The position numbers were made by a program, and so were the translations under genes. From Chloropicon primus (Eukaryota), in contig CP060771.1 of assembly GCA_023205875.1 (NCBI GenBank), positions 434,001 through 478,129 on the forward strand: DNA of 44,129 nt. Reading direction: 5' to 3'. Of the stretch, positions 1 to 11,356 are shown piece by piece (position 1 is the first letter of the stretch; every line of letters begins with the position of its first letter). The notes beneath the pieces are model-generated. The model was not told where the DNA came from. It did not search any database and worked only from the letters and a program-made list of their open reading frames with translations.

Positions 1-289
1 GTACCAATGGAATGCCCGTGAGACGCACTAGTGTCTTGTGAAGTCGCCTATCCTTCTGTTGCCCTCCCTCGTCGTCAATGTCCGCCTTCGTCTTGGTTTG
101 TCCTCCCTTGTCCTCCACCGAAGTTGTCCTTCCTGCAACCGTTACCGACCCCTTAGGACGCCAATAGAGTCGACCAAGGTACCAATGGAATGCCCGTGAG
201 ACGCACTAGTGTCTTGTGAAGTCACCTATCCTTCTGTTGCCCTCCCTCGTCGTCAATGTCCGCCTTCGTCTTGGTTTGTCCTCCCTTGT
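1..289. repeat. Direct repeat, period 178 bp (1-111 recurs at 179-289)
   Basis: GTACCAATGGAATGCCCGTGAGACGCACTAGTGTCTTGTGAAGTC...GTCCTCCCTTGT occurs at 1 and again at 179 with a single mismatch; the first copy may extend left of the window. Confidence 0.9.
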
Positions 290-723
290 TCTGGAGTTCT
301 TGAGGGAAGTTGTCCTTGGGATGAGAAGCCGAGCAAAACCCTGAGGGCGGAGGCGAGGCGAGGCGAGAGGACGACGCGGAGGTATTGGAAGGGGAAGGAC
401 GGGTCGGGACGGAGGTAACGAAGGAGTAGGAGGAGACAAGAGTGTGGAGCTTGTTTTTCTCTTTCGAACGAGCCCTTGGTGGAAGGAAACGGCGTAGGGA
501 CGAGCAAGGGAGCGACGGGGACAAGAGAGGAGAGGAGAGGAGTGGAGGAGGTGTGAACCTTGGCATGCCCAGCAGCGTTCCTTCATCACCAAAGCGGCTC
601 TACCAAGAGCTGACGGTTTTGTCGAGCGACGGCGAGGAGACGTCGCAGGGAGGAGAGACTTCCGCGAGCTTGAGGAGGCCACGAGAGAGGGAACTCTTTG
701 GTGAACAACAACCACGGAGAGGG

Positions 724-2369
724 ATGGGGTACCCGACGGATGCGAACTTCCAGGACTTTAGCTCCCTTCAGGGTGAAGCAGACTCACTCCGTGACGCAGC
801 TCAGGTAAGAAAAAACCAACGGACGAACGAACAAACAAACCAAAACTTCTTCATTCAATCCTTTCCTTTCCTTTCCTTTCATTTCGAGATGGTTTAGAAA
901 GGAAGCTGCTGCTTGCTCATGGCTGCTTGCTCATGACTTGTGTGACTGACTTTTGGTTTGTGGTCCTCCTCCTCATCATCATCGTGATGTAGGAGGTGAC
1001 TGAACAGGTTCTGAAGAGGCAAGTGCCTTGGGACACGTACCAGAAGGCGGACTTGATCAATGACAGGGAGCTGCAGCTGATCAAGAGGTACGACAAGCAG
1101 GAGAGGGCGCTGCAGAAGAGCCTCCTCCTGGACGAGGATGGAATGCTTTACGTCCAAGCGTTCTTCTCTCTGCTGCGGTCGATCGCCAGTGAGGAAGTGG
1201 TGCAGTACGTGCTGGCCCTGCTCGAGGATATGATCAAGGAGGGGGGGAGTCCCGTGGTGAGCCTCCTGAAGCAGGCCACGACTGGCCAGGGCTCGGGGGA
1301 TACTTGCGCCATTCTGCTGCGCATGTTGCAGAGGCCAGACTGGTTCACCAAGGAGAAGGCGGCCTTTGTGCTCTCCTCTCTCCTGTCTTTCTCCGGCGTT
1401 GGCCCGGGCTCGTCGTCGTCCTTGGGAGACGATCCCTCCACGTCGCAAAGCTTGCACACGTTCGTGGAGTGGCTGTGCAACGAGTTGAGGACCCCGAGCA
1501 ATGACAGGAGCGAGCAGACCACGATCACGTGCTTGTCGTTGCTCCTCAAGTCGATGGAGATCCGTGAAATTTTTCTCAAGTCCAACGGGGTGGGCTGCCT
1601 CTGCGCCCACCTGGCGCCCTCCCACAGGACCCAAACGCTCTACGAGTGCTGCTTGTGCTTCTGGCTGCTGTCCTTCTACTCGGGAGCCGTGAACGAGATG
1701 GTGCACCTCAACGTGCCCAAGAAGCTCATCGAGGTGGTCCGGCAAGCGAACAAAGAGAAGGTCCTCCGGGTGGCTCTCATGTGCATCGAGAATGTGCTCA
1801 AGTGCCTCAAGGAGGCCGGCAAGGGAACGGCCGAAGACTCGGACTCCAAGTACTCCAAGTTGCTTTCGAAGCTCTTGGAGAACGGTCTGAACAAGGCTAT
1901 TGCCACGCAAAGGATGAACTCTTACAACGACGAGGAGCTCCTGTCGTCGATGGAGTGGCTGGAGGAGAAGCTTGAGCAGGGGGTGAAGAGGGAGATCTCA
2001 AGCTTCGACAAATACGCGGACGAGGTCCTGTCCGGCACGCTGGACTGGACCCTGCTTCACAAGCAAGAAAAGTTCTGGAAAATGAACGTGAACAACTTTG
2101 TCGCCAAAGATTGTGCGATTTTGAAAGCCTTGGCGAGGATTCTGGAAAGCAGCACGGACGAGCGGTCGTTGCAGGTCGCGTGCCACGACATTGGGCAGTT
2201 TGTCTCCCACTTCCCCCACGGAAGGGGCTACCTCAGGAGCTTGAAGGTCAAGCCCATGGTGATGAAGTTGATGGCGCACCCGGACCCTGAAGTGCAGAAG
2301 CAGGCTTTGATGTGCACGCAAAAACTAATGCTGAGCAAGGACTCGCTTGACCTCCTGTCGCTAAGCTGA
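724..2369 (+). CDS. VHA-H: V-type proton ATPase subunit H; exons 724(or 565)-804 and 993-2369
   Basis: EQVLKRQVPWDTY N-terminal motif, armadillo-like body, C-terminal LDWTLLH/EKFWKMN/VACHDIGQFV/DPEVQKQAL motifs. Phase-0 intron 805-992 (GTAAGA...GACTGAC...TAG) joins an in-frame upstream exon. Start codon choice is uncertain. Confidence 0.92.
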
Positions 2370-2455
2370 AGGAAAATCGTTTAACTTCCATTGAATACAA
2401 CACACAAAAGTTTTTTTTGTTTGCATAATGATGATGTAGATTACAGAAAACAAAG

Positions 2456-3651
2456 TCAAAAGGCCACGGTGTCGAGCATGGTTCCCAAGCACTGAATAAT
2501 GTTGTCCGACATGAGCTCGTTCAGACTGTATTCTAAGTGCTTCTTGGCGTCCTGCTTGCCCACGTTCGCCACGGCCCTCTTCTCGATTGGGGTGTCTTGC
2601 TCCTCCTCGATCGACTTGACGTAACTCTTGGCGAGGTCCGCCATTTTCTTCAAAGTGGTTTCGTTCGCTTTGCTGTGGCTCTCGAAGGTCTTGAGACAAA
2701 GCCCGTCGGACCACTTCTTTCTGTTCAGGTTGAGCAGCATCTTCTCCTCCAGCTCGTTCTTCCTGTAGTTGATCGCGATCGAGTAGTAGTGCCTGTTCAG
2801 ACCGTGGATAAGAGCCTGGATGGAGGGCTTGTTCAAGTGACCCAAGTTGGAGGTCGTCTGCCTCGGCTCCTGACCCAGCATCAGGGTCTGTGGGGAGATC
2901 AGCCTGAATGCATCGATCACGACCTTCCCCTTGACGGACTGAATCGGATCAATCACCACCGCGACCGCCCTCTGGTTCAGTTGCTCGAAACTCTGCTGCG
3001 TGTTAATATCCACCCCAGAGAGCCAGCAACCAAACCCCGGGTGACTGTGATACCACCCCACAACCATCTCGTTCCTTCCCGTCTGCTTCAACATGTCGAG
3101 CATCTTGGTCTGGAACACTGGATCCACTGCCTCCACACTCACTCCGGTACCACTCTGCGGCATGGCGAACACGTCCACAACTCTCACCGTGTAGTCGTCC
3201 ACAAACTCTCCAAGCATCAGACCCATCACCTTGAAGCAGAAGAAGAAGAAGCAGAAGCAGATGGAGGAGAAGAACCAAAAAAAAAAAAAGCAAGCAGCCA
3301 GCGAGAAACATAAACCAGTCAGCTCCATCCCATCCCATCCCGCAAGAAAGAAGCAGCGATCCACGATCCACGATCTACGATCGAATGGATCGATGGTTTG
3401 TTTGTTTGAAAGGAAGGAGGTTCGAGCGGTGACGCTGGCCGAGGAGGAGTAGGAGGTCGCGTCGGTGTTGGTGTTGGTGTTGTTCTTACCTCCATGGGCA
3501 CGCCAGCTCTACCATGTTTAAGCATCTTCAATAAAGCAAGGGAGGAGATATACACCTGTTCGGCGGTGTCCACCTGAGGCGCATCGGTCGGCGTCCCTCC
3601 CAAGTTCATGCCAAGCTGAGAACCGAGCAAACGTTGAAGCCGCTCCGTCAT
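2456..3651 (-). CDS. RPN11: 26S proteasome lid deubiquitinase RPN11/PSMD14; exons 3651-3490 and 3229-2456
   Basis: [36 protein letters not shown] and JAMM motif [17 protein letters not shown]; phase-0 intron 3230-3489 (GTAAG...GCTGAC...AAG). Confidence 0.97.
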
Positions 3652-3836
3652 CGTGTCCTCCTCGTCGTCGTCCTCGTCCTCGTCGTCCTCGTCCTCGTCG
3701 TCGTCGTCGCTCGCGTCGCCTCCGTCTGTTTCTGTTTTGGGATTTTTTGAATGCAGAGAGCAGCTCAGGAGGAGAGGGGGATGGGGGTGATGGTGACGAG
3801 GGTGATGATGACGAGGAGGGGAGGAAGAGAAGAAGG

Positions 3837-4144
3837 GGCATTGGTAAGGATGGATAGATCGTCTCTTGCTCTTTCCAAGGAGCCCTCACTTGCTCACTTT
3901 TGCTCCCTAGAGAGAGAGGACACGATTGGGATGAAGTGGAATGATGATGGTGATGGTGGAGGAGCAAGGGGGAGAGGGAGGTGTGTGTGTGTGTGTGTGT
4001 GTGGCGTTGGTAAGGATGGATAGATCGTCTCTTGCTCTTTCCAAGGAGCCCTCACTTGCTCACTTTTGCTCCCTAGAGAGAGAGGACACGATTGGGATGA
4101 AGTGGAATGATGATGGTGATGGTGGAGGAGCAGGGGGGAGAGGG

Positions 4145-4175
<31 letters not shown>

Positions 4176-4241
4176 GCATTGGTAAGGATGGATAGATCGT
4201 CTCTTGCTCTTTCCAAGGAGCCCTGACTTTGCTGCTCACTT
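3837..4241. repeat. Tandem repeat, about 2.4 copies of a ~170 bp unit ending in (GT)n
   Basis: GGCATTGGTAAGGATGGATAGATCGTCTCTTGCTCTTTCCAAGGAGCCCT starts at 3837, 4003 and 4175; the unit lengths of 166 and 172 differ in the GT tract. Confidence 0.93.
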
Positions 4242-4572
4242 GAAGAAGATGGAGGAGAAGGAGGCTTATGGATGATGATGGATTCTTCGAAGAATTCTCC
4301 CTCCTCCTCGCCTGCCTTTTGTTTAGAGGGGGGGACGAGCACCAAAGAGGGGCGGGGCGATTAGAGACAAGACCCACAAGAACAAGGGGTGGCAATCACC
4401 ACGTGTATTGCACTGCTGCACGAAGGCAAGCGAAAAAACATTCAATATCAAATAGTTTGTAGAGTCAGGCAACCCCCCGGATCCTCCCTCGCGCCCGTGT
4501 CGTGCCCACGCCTCGGCGAGAAGACGCATCCCGTCCCCTCCCGCCCCACACACCCACGCACACCTCTGCCCC

Positions 4573-5484
4573 TCACGTCTCGTCTTGTCGCGGAGGTTCT
4601 TTCCGGAACGCCGCGATGTAGTTCACGGACAGGTCCTTTGTCAGTTCGAACTGTCCCTTGGGCACGCTCCACCTCATGCCCGAGATGGAACCGAGCTCGA
4701 GACCGGCGTCCTCGCACATGATGCAGAGCTCCTCCGGGGTCACGAACTGATCCCAGTCGTGAGCCCCTCTCGGCGCCATGCCCAGTATCCTCTCCGCGGC
4801 CACGATGGCGAGGGAGTACGACCAGAGCGTCCTGTTCAGGGTGGACATCACCACGAGTCCCCCCGGCTTGCAGAGGTTGCTCAGCGTCTTGCAGAACCCC
4901 GGGGGGTCCAAGACGTGCTCAACCACCTCCGAGCTCACCACCACGTCATACGCCTCGCCCTTCTCCACCAAACTTTCAGCCGTCGTCGCCTCGTACGTCA
5001 AGTTGGTCCTCGACCGCAGCAAGGCGTTCCTCTTGAGGTGCTTCTTGGCCACCTGGACGCTCTCCTCCGCAGCATCGATGGCCTTGACGTCTGACCCCAT
5101 GACAGCCAGGGATTCCGACAGGATGCCCCCGCCGCAACCCACTTCCACCAAGGACAGACCCTCGAGCGGCCTCCGCCCCGTCGACGCCTTCCCATAGTGG
5201 TCACACACCGCCATCCTGATGAAAGGGGACCTCGCATAGTTCAAACGATGCAATGCCCCATAAGGTCCCGCCGTGTCCCACCACTCGTCCGCCATGGCCG
5301 CGAACTTGGCCACCTCCTTGGCATCCACGCTCCTCGCCGTTCCACTGGCCTCCTCGCTCGTGGTGCTGAACCACCCGCTCCTTCGCCTCGCGCTTGCTCC
5401 CCCGAGGGGCGTCCACTTGGAGCAAGACTTCGCCAGACTCCAGTCCGCGTGGCGCCACAACCTCTGTGCGATTCCCGACGCCAT
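4573..5484 (-). CDS. COQ3: Ubiquinone biosynthesis O-methyltransferase (UbiG/COQ3)
   Basis: EVAKFAAMADEWWD..GP...LHRLN, SAM motif VEVGCGGGILSE, SEVVEHV, STLNRT, HDWDQFVTPEEL, VNY. First ATG at 5484; the N-terminus resembles a mitochondrial presequence. Confidence 0.93.
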   Translation of the reverse strand: MASGIAQRLWRHADWSLAKSCSKWTPLGGASARRRSGWFSTTSEEASGTARSVDAKEVAKFAAMADEWWDTAGPYGALHRLNYARSPFIRMAVCDHYGKASTGRRPLEGLSLVEVGCGGGILSESLAVMGSDVKAIDAAEESVQVAKKHLKRNALLRSRTNLTYEATTAESLVEKGEAYDVVVSSEVVEHVLDPPGFCKTLSNLCKPGGLVVMSTLNRTLWSYSLAIVAAERILGMAPRGAHDWDQFVTPEELCIMCEDAGLELGSISGMRWSVPKGQFELTKDLSVNYIAAFRKEPPRQDET

Positions 5485-5592
5485 TCGTGCCCTCCGCTCC
5501 ACGCCGCTCCCTCGCGAACCCACTCCCTTCCCCCTAGGATCCTCGCCTACCGTCGAGGCCACAAGATCGACGACAACAAAACAATCCGAGCG

Positions 5593-5822
5593 CCAAATGG
5601 ACCAATCTCGGGCTCTACAGAAAGATCACGAGATAATCTTTCGAATGATTTGTCCCACTCCACCTCCTTCTCCCCTCCCCTCCGCAACACCTCCCCTCCT
5701 TTGCTCCCCTCCCTCCTCCTCCCACGATGGAGTTCAATCCTTTCGTTACTTTTCTAAATCTTCACCAAATGGACCGATCTCGGGCTCTACAGAAAGCTCT
5801 CGAGATGATCTTTCCAATGGTT
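5593..5822. repeat. Two copies of a ~57 bp element, 172 bp apart, in the COQ3/BTB divergent spacer
   Basis: CCAAATGGACCAATCTCGGGCTCTACAGAAAGATCACGAGATAATCTTTCGAATG at 5593 and CCAAATGGACCGATCTCGGGCTCTACAGAAAGCTCTCGAGATGATCTTTCCAATG at 5765. Confidence 0.88.
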
Positions 5823-6189
5823 GGTCGCCCTTCCTCCTCCTCCCTCCCTCCGCTTCGTGTCCTCCTCCGAAGCAGCGCGACGCGAGGCGAAGAGGGTCAC
5901 CTCAGCTTTGTGGAGAGCGGAGCGGCGCAGTGGAACGGCGAGTAACGCTCCACTGGAGAGCGGAGCGGCGGATGGCGTGAGGGAGGGGAAGACGGATGCC
6001 AATGACATGTCATGGACATGATGTTTTGTTTCGTTTTTTCTTCTCCTCTCCTCTTGGGAACGGAGCGGAGACCTCGATGGAGGACAACCTTAGCCTTGGC
6101 AGAGGGCGAAGCGAAGGGAAGGACGAGGACGCCGTCCAGGTGTTATTCATCTGTGAGGAGAGGAGACAGAGGTGAGGGGCACGGGCACG

Positions 6190-7029
6190 ATGCCGGCTTC
6201 GTCCAAGGCGGGAGAGGGAGAGGGAGACCCGCGTCACAATGGAGCTTGGTTATCGGATGAGGACCTGTTGCTGTCCTTTGAGGACAACTCATCCGGGGTG
6301 TGGAGCATGGTGCTGGAGTTCTCAGAGGACAGCAGGCAGCTTTATATGGACTGCGGATTCTTTTCCTATCACTCGAGGTTCGTGGAAGGGTACCTGCAGA
6401 ACCTGCAGGATGTGGAGGGCGGGAAGAAGAAGCCGGATGCGACGGCGTTTCCCATCGTCATCAGCATCCCGAGGATGTTCAGTCCCGGCTGCGTCGCGGT
6501 GGAAGACGTCAGGGACGCCCTGGCCTCCCTGTACTTTCCGGACAGGTTTCCACTGAGGAGAGACAGGTTGAAGGAGATTGCCGAGGTCGCGGATTACTTC
6601 GACATCCCTCTGCTTCTGAAAAAGTGCGACCAGTGCCTGGTGTCGCACCTGAAGCGCTTCATGTTCAGAAATAACGGGGCTCCGATGAGGTTCATGTGGT
6701 ACGGGGAGACCGAGTGGAACGAGCTCCTGGTAAGAGCATTGACTCCTCTCTCTCTCCTTTCTCTCTCTCTCTCTCTTCTTTCTTATCGTGATGGCTGACA
6801 CTTAAAGCATCCTTTCTCTCTCTCGAAGGACGCCATGCTCTTGGCGGACAGGTTCACGCTGAAGAGCGCGTGGTCGCGGATCAAGCAGGGGCTGTTGCAC
6901 AGTCTTGATGACGTTGGGCAGCTGATCGACCACAAGGACTTCAGAAAGCTGAGCGCTCACTCTCAATTGGACGTCCTCGAGGGGTGCGTTCGAAAACATA
7001 TGCATTACGTCCAGCACAACTGGAAGTGA
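6190..7029 (+). CDS. BTB/POZ-domain protein with a BACK-like tail; exons 6190-6729 and 6829-7029
   Basis: BTB-like pattern SYHSRF...LASLY...LKEIAEVADYFDIPLLLKKCDQCL followed by LLADRFTL...DFRKLS. Phase-0 intron 6730-6828 (GTAAGA...GCTGAC...AAG) joins two ORFs. Confidence 0.75.
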
Positions 7030-7121
7030 GTCGGGAACGTTACAGTTACACGAGGACGGAACATAATGTATACATATAAGATAAAAGCAAACCCTTGGGA
7101 GATATGGAGCTCTCCATTCAC

Positions 7122-8819
7122 TCAACCCATTTCTTTTACGGAAAGTTCAACCTTTGGCTGGCCATCAGGCCCCTCTCGCACGATCAAGTCCGTCTTGACA
7201 ACCTTGAAATCCTTGTTGTGGTAAAACTTGGCCACTCTCTCCCTCGCGACTCGGACGTGGTTCCTGTACGCCTCCCACTTTCTCTTGGGCACGACTCTGG
7301 CCGCCTGCAGCAGCCCGGGCACCTCCTTCAAGAGCCCCTCCACCCCCCTCCTCACCAGCGCGAGGGGGTGAGAGCGCAGGGACTTGATGATGCACGGGAT
7401 GAGGCCAGCCACCTCATCGCTTTCGCTGAAAGTAAACATCCTCAAAGAGTAGATGTCCATGCAAAGCTCGGTGGCGTCGGCCAGCTCGCCCCTGATGTCC
7501 GCGTCAATCATCTCCTTGGAAACCTCTTCGAGGTAGGTGTTGTTCGCACTCTCCATGTCCAGCAGCCTCACGTGGTCAATGTGGCCATCGCCGTCGTCCC
7601 CGTCGTCCCTGTCGAACGCGCCCTCCCCCGCCCGGTCCTCGATCTCCCTGAACAAGTTGCTCACCCTTTCCTTGTCCCTCTCCGAGCACAGCACCTCCTT
7701 GGTGGCCCTGATGGCGTTCATGGAGCTCTGCATTCTCTTCCAGTTGGCCTCCAGGGCCCTGAAGAGGTCATCGGCCGCCCTCAACGTAGGGCCGGGGTTC
7801 CCCTCCTCCGCATCCTCCGCCTCCCGCGCCGTGGGGTGGTGGCTCCTCCTCCTCTTTCCCCAGGACATCTCGTGGAAGGAAGCCTCCGACGCGAGGACGA
7901 CGCTCTTGTGCTTCTTGGGACTCGGGAAAGGCCGCTTCTTCTGACGCCCCGGTTCCTCTGACCCCTCGGCCGATGCAAGGGGCTCTCCCGCCCTCAACTT
8001 GCTGATCTTGTCCCGCAGCTTGCCCCATTCGCTCTCCTCCAGGTGGCCCCTGTGCCTGAACCTCGTGGTGTCCATCATGAACACCTCGGCCTCCCTGAGA
8101 GTGTTCTCGCTGAAGACTTGAAAGGTCTGGTGGTGGTCCTGCCCCCGCCGCTCCTCGTGGTTCACCACCACGCAGGTCTTGAACCGACTCTTGTTCTTCC
8201 CCTCGCCGCCGCCTCGGTTCAAGTCGTCCTTGATCTCGACATGGCACCCGATGAGTTCTATCCTCTTCACGAGAGCGGCATCGGGCTTGCGGAAGGGCTT
8301 GGCCGACACGTCCCACGCCTTGAGGTGGTCCCTCGAGATGGCCTCCGCCTCCGCGCTCATGAACAGGCCCAGCTTCTCCTTCTCCTGCCTCAGTTGCTCC
8401 GGCAGCTTCTGCCACCACACGGGGTCAACCTCAAGGTACGACAGAAACTTGGAGGGCCTCGCCATGGCCTTGACCAGCTTCACCTTCTTCCTCTTGTTCC
8501 TGCAGTGGGTGCAGGCAAACCCGTCCCGATACAGGGTGCTGGCGTCCTCGTTCTTGCCGATGGACTTGAGCGCGCACTCGTAATGGTACCACCTCTCGCA
8601 GTACCCGCACGTCACCCACATCATCCACTTGTCCTCGTCCTTGTCCTCCTCGGAGGACCACGCCACCTTGCACCCTTGGCACACCAGGCCGAGTCCCTCA
8701 TGGTTCGCAGTGGGTGCAGGCGTTGGACGCTTCGGAGGCGTCGTCCTCGTCGACTGGCGGCGCTGCCTCTTCGACGCTGCCTTCCTGGTCCTGCTCTTGC
8801 TCGTCGTGCCTGCGGTCAT
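7122..8819 (-). CDS. PHD-finger protein (main exon; possible upstream micro-exon 9596-9580)
   Basis: C4HC3 pattern CQGC...WVTCGYCERWYHYEC...FACTHC, basic NLS-like segments, 565-codon ORF with GC3-rich codon usage, TGTAA downstream. Confidence 0.8.
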   Translation of the reverse strand: MTAGTTSKSRTRKAASKRQRRQSTRTTPPKRPTPAPTANHEGLGLVCQGCKVAWSSEEDKDEDKWMMWVTCGYCERWYHYECALKSIGKNEDASTLYRDGFACTHCRNKRKKVKLVKAMARPSKFLSYLEVDPVWWQKLPEQLRQEKEKLGLFMSAEAEAISRDHLKAWDVSAKPFRKPDAALVKRIELIGCHVEIKDDLNRGGGEGKNKSRFKTCVVVNHEERRGQDHHQTFQVFSENTLREAEVFMMDTTRFRHRGHLEESEWGKLRDKISKLRAGEPLASAEGSEEPGRQKKRPFPSPKKHKSVVLASEASFHEMSWGKRRRSHHPTAREAEDAEEGNPGPTLRAADDLFRALEANWKRMQSSMNAIRATKEVLCSERDKERVSNLFREIEDRAGEGAFDRDDGDDGDGHIDHVRLLDMESANNTYLEEVSKEMIDADIRGELADATELCMDIYSLRMFTFSESDEVAGLIPCIIKSLRSHPLALVRRGVEGLLKEVPGLLQAARVVPKRKWEAYRNHVRVARERVAKFYHNKDFKVVKTDLIVREGPDGQPKVELSVKEMG

Positions 8820-8999
8820 CCTGAGCTGAGGTGGTTAGGAATGAAGCAAGGACAAGAGGTTTTGTGTGTGTCCGTCCTGATGGGATGCGGATGGGGATGT
8901 GTGAGGCAATGCTCCAGGACCTCTGCTCTGTTATGTTGTGTTGTGTGTCAGGAACTGATGCTCCAGCTCCACTCCCAGAGAGCAAGGGCAAGAGGATAG

Positions 9000-9690
9000 A
9001 GGAGAAGAGAGGAGAGGAGAGGAGATAACTCAACTCAACTCAACTCAACTCAACTCAAGACAAGCGCAACAACCTGCTCCTCTGCTGCTCCTGGTTGTCC
9101 TGGTTGGTCCTGGTCCTCTGGTTGTCCCGGTTGGTGTTGCTCCTGGTCCTGGTCCTCTGGCTCCTCCTCCTGGTGGCTCCTGCTCCTCAAGTCAAGTGAA
9201 GTCAAGTGAAGTGGTTCCTGGTTGCTCCCCTCCTTGGTGTTCCCCTCCTGGTGGCTCCTGCTCCTCAAGTCAAGTCAAGTCAAGTCAAGTCAAGTCAAGT
9301 CAAGTCAAGTCAAGGGAAGGGAAGGGAAGTGAAGTCAAGTGAAGGGAAGGGAAGGGAAGGGAAGGGAAGGTAATGTTCCTGGTTGTTCCCCTCCTGGGTG
9401 TTCCTGGTGGGGGTGTCTCCTGGTGGTGTACGGGGGTCGGGTGTGGAGTGTAAACCTTATCTTCTTTCTCCGCCACAAAAAAAAAAAAAAACCAACAAAA
9501 CCAACAAACATCATCCACACAACACAACACAACACAACACACGAACCCTTAACTCCACGACAACCTACCTCTTACTTACTTCATTGCCTGCTTCATTGCT
9601 GGCTGGGCTGGGCTTTCCTTTCCTTTCCTTTCCTTTCCATTCCGTTCCATTCCATTCCATTCCATTCCTTTGGTTTTGGTTTTGGTTTGG
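9000..9690. repeat. Mosaic of short microsatellites: (GGAGA)n, (CAACT)n, (CAAGT)n, (GAAGG)n, (ACAAC)n, (TTCCT)n, (TTCCA)n, (TTTTGG)n
   Basis: Runs are directly visible; a ~30 bp block CTCCTGGTGGCTCCTGCTCCTCAAGTCAAGT is also duplicated near 9167 and 9245. Confidence 0.9.
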
Positions 9691-9925
9691 GGAACCAGCT
9701 AAGGTTCTGGTCACACTACACTACGCAACGCCGGCGAGAAGGAGAGGGACCAAAACGCTAGGGATCACATCATACCACTGCATCATACTCCTGCATCATC
9801 ATCATCCTCATCGTCATCGTCATCGTCGACAAGGATTCGTTTCGTAAACACAAAAGCTTTGAGGTGATTGGGATTGGGATTGAGGAACGTGCGTACGTAC
9901 GTGTTGTTCCAGGATCTGGGTCCGG

Positions 9926-11356
9926 ATGGTGAGGATGAGGAGCAAGTGCACGACCATGACGGCATCATCTTCGGCATCACCTTTTCGGCGGGTTGCCTTT
10001 GGATCCAGGACCTCAACCCTGTCGAGGCCACGATACCACGGGCATCGTCATCACCACGAGCAGCACCAGCAGCATCCTCTTCAGACTCTGGAGGTGCGGT
10101 GTGGTGCCAAGGGTGGGTCCTCGAAGGAGTACAGGCAGCAAGGTGCGGAGGTGTTTGATGCTGTGGGGTTGGGGCAGGCCATGGTGGACTACGCTGGGTA
10201 CGTGAGCGACGACTTCCTGAACGATGTGTTGGCCGAGCTCAACGCGGCTTCGTCGAGTGACCGCCACGACAACCACCGGCACAAGAAGGGGGACAGGATC
10301 GTGGTGACGCCGGAGGACCTCGGCAAGGTGCTGAACAAGCTGAACAGCGAGAACTTCAAGGTCACCACGGGGGGGAGCCTGAGCAACACGCTGGTGGCGC
10401 TGAGCCGGCTCGGGAACAGCAGGAACGGCGGCGACGACGACGGCGCCGGGGAGCTGAAGGTCGGGATGGCGGGCCTCGTCGGGAGCGATCCCATCGGGTC
10501 GTTCTACAGGGCCAAGATGGACAAGGCGGGAGTGTCTTTCCTGTCGCAGCCGACGCACCAGACCACGGGGACCGTGGTGGTGCTGACCACGCCCGACGCG
10601 CAGAGGACGATGCTCTCTCACTTCCCCGAGCCCCCGGAGCCGTCCTCGTCCTCGTCCTCGTCCTCGTCGGTCTTGACGCCCTCGGTGGTGAACTCGATCG
10701 TGAGCTCGCGAGTGATGCTTGTGGAGGGGTACCTCCTGGAGTGCGGGGAGAGGGTGATCGGCTCCATGATGGAAGCGATGAGGCTGGCCTCGGAGAACGG
10801 CACGCTGGTGTGCATGACGCTGTCCGACACCAGCGTGGTGAGCAGGCACAGCGACAAGCTTTGGCGGGCGCTGAGGAAGGAGGGTCTCGTGGACATCGTC
10901 TTCGCCAACGCCCAGGAAGCCATGGCGCTGACGGGGGAGGCCGAGCCCAGGGGCGCCGCCCTCAACCTCGCCCAGCACACCAAGGTCGTCTCGGTGGTCA
11001 CGGACGGTCACCACGGGTCCCACCTGGCGGGCATGGGGGCCTCCCAGCTGGTTCCCGCCTACTGGATGCCGAAGGGTCCACTGGACACGTGCGGGGCGGG
11101 GGATGCCTACGCCGCCGGGGCCATCTACGGCCTCCTCAGCGGGGCCTCCATCAGGGGCATGGGGTACAGCGGGGCGAGGGTGAGCTCCACGGTGATCTCT
11201 CAGACGGGAGCGAGGCTGAAGCGGGAGGACGCCGACAAGCTCGTGGAGGTCCTGCCCATGATGATGTTCGAGTCCACCCGGCTCGTCATTCCAGGGGAGG
11301 CGTCCGAGAACGAGAAGAGAGTCCGAGTCAACTCGTCGCCCAAGGGCGGGAAGTGA
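9926..11356 (+). CDS. pfkB/ribokinase-family carbohydrate kinase, plastid NARA5-like
   Basis: GLGQAMVD, GGSLSNTLVALSRLG, TTGTVVVLTTPDAQRTML, FANAQEA and pfkB signature DTCGAGDAYAAG; Ser/Arg-rich transit-peptide-like N-terminus. Confidence 0.88.
   Translation: MVRMRSKCTTMTASSSASPFRRVAFGSRTSTLSRPRYHGHRHHHEQHQQHPLQTLEVRCGAKGGSSKEYRQQGAEVFDAVGLGQAMVDYAGYVSDDFLNDVLAELNAASSSDRHDNHRHKKGDRIVVTPEDLGKVLNKLNSENFKVTTGGSLSNTLVALSRLGNSRNGGDDDGAGELKVGMAGLVGSDPIGSFYRAKMDKAGVSFLSQPTHQTTGTVVVLTTPDAQRTMLSHFPEPPEPSSSSSSSSSVLTPSVVNSIVSSRVMLVEGYLLECGERVIGSMMEAMRLASENGTLVCMTLSDTSVVSRHSDKLWRALRKEGLVDIVFANAQEAMALTGEAEPRGAALNLAQHTKVVSVVTDGHHGSHLAGMGASQLVPAYWMPKGPLDTCGAGDAYAAGAIYGLLSGASIRGMGYSGARVSSTVISQTGARLKREDADKLVEVLPMMMFESTRLVIPGEASENEKRVRVNSSPKGGK

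Noticed and set aside
4280..4300. Palindrome TTCTTCGAAGAA preceded by ATGATGA (box C-like)
   Set aside because: TGATGA arises from a (GAT)n microsatellite; no convincing box D or guide sequence for a snoRNA.
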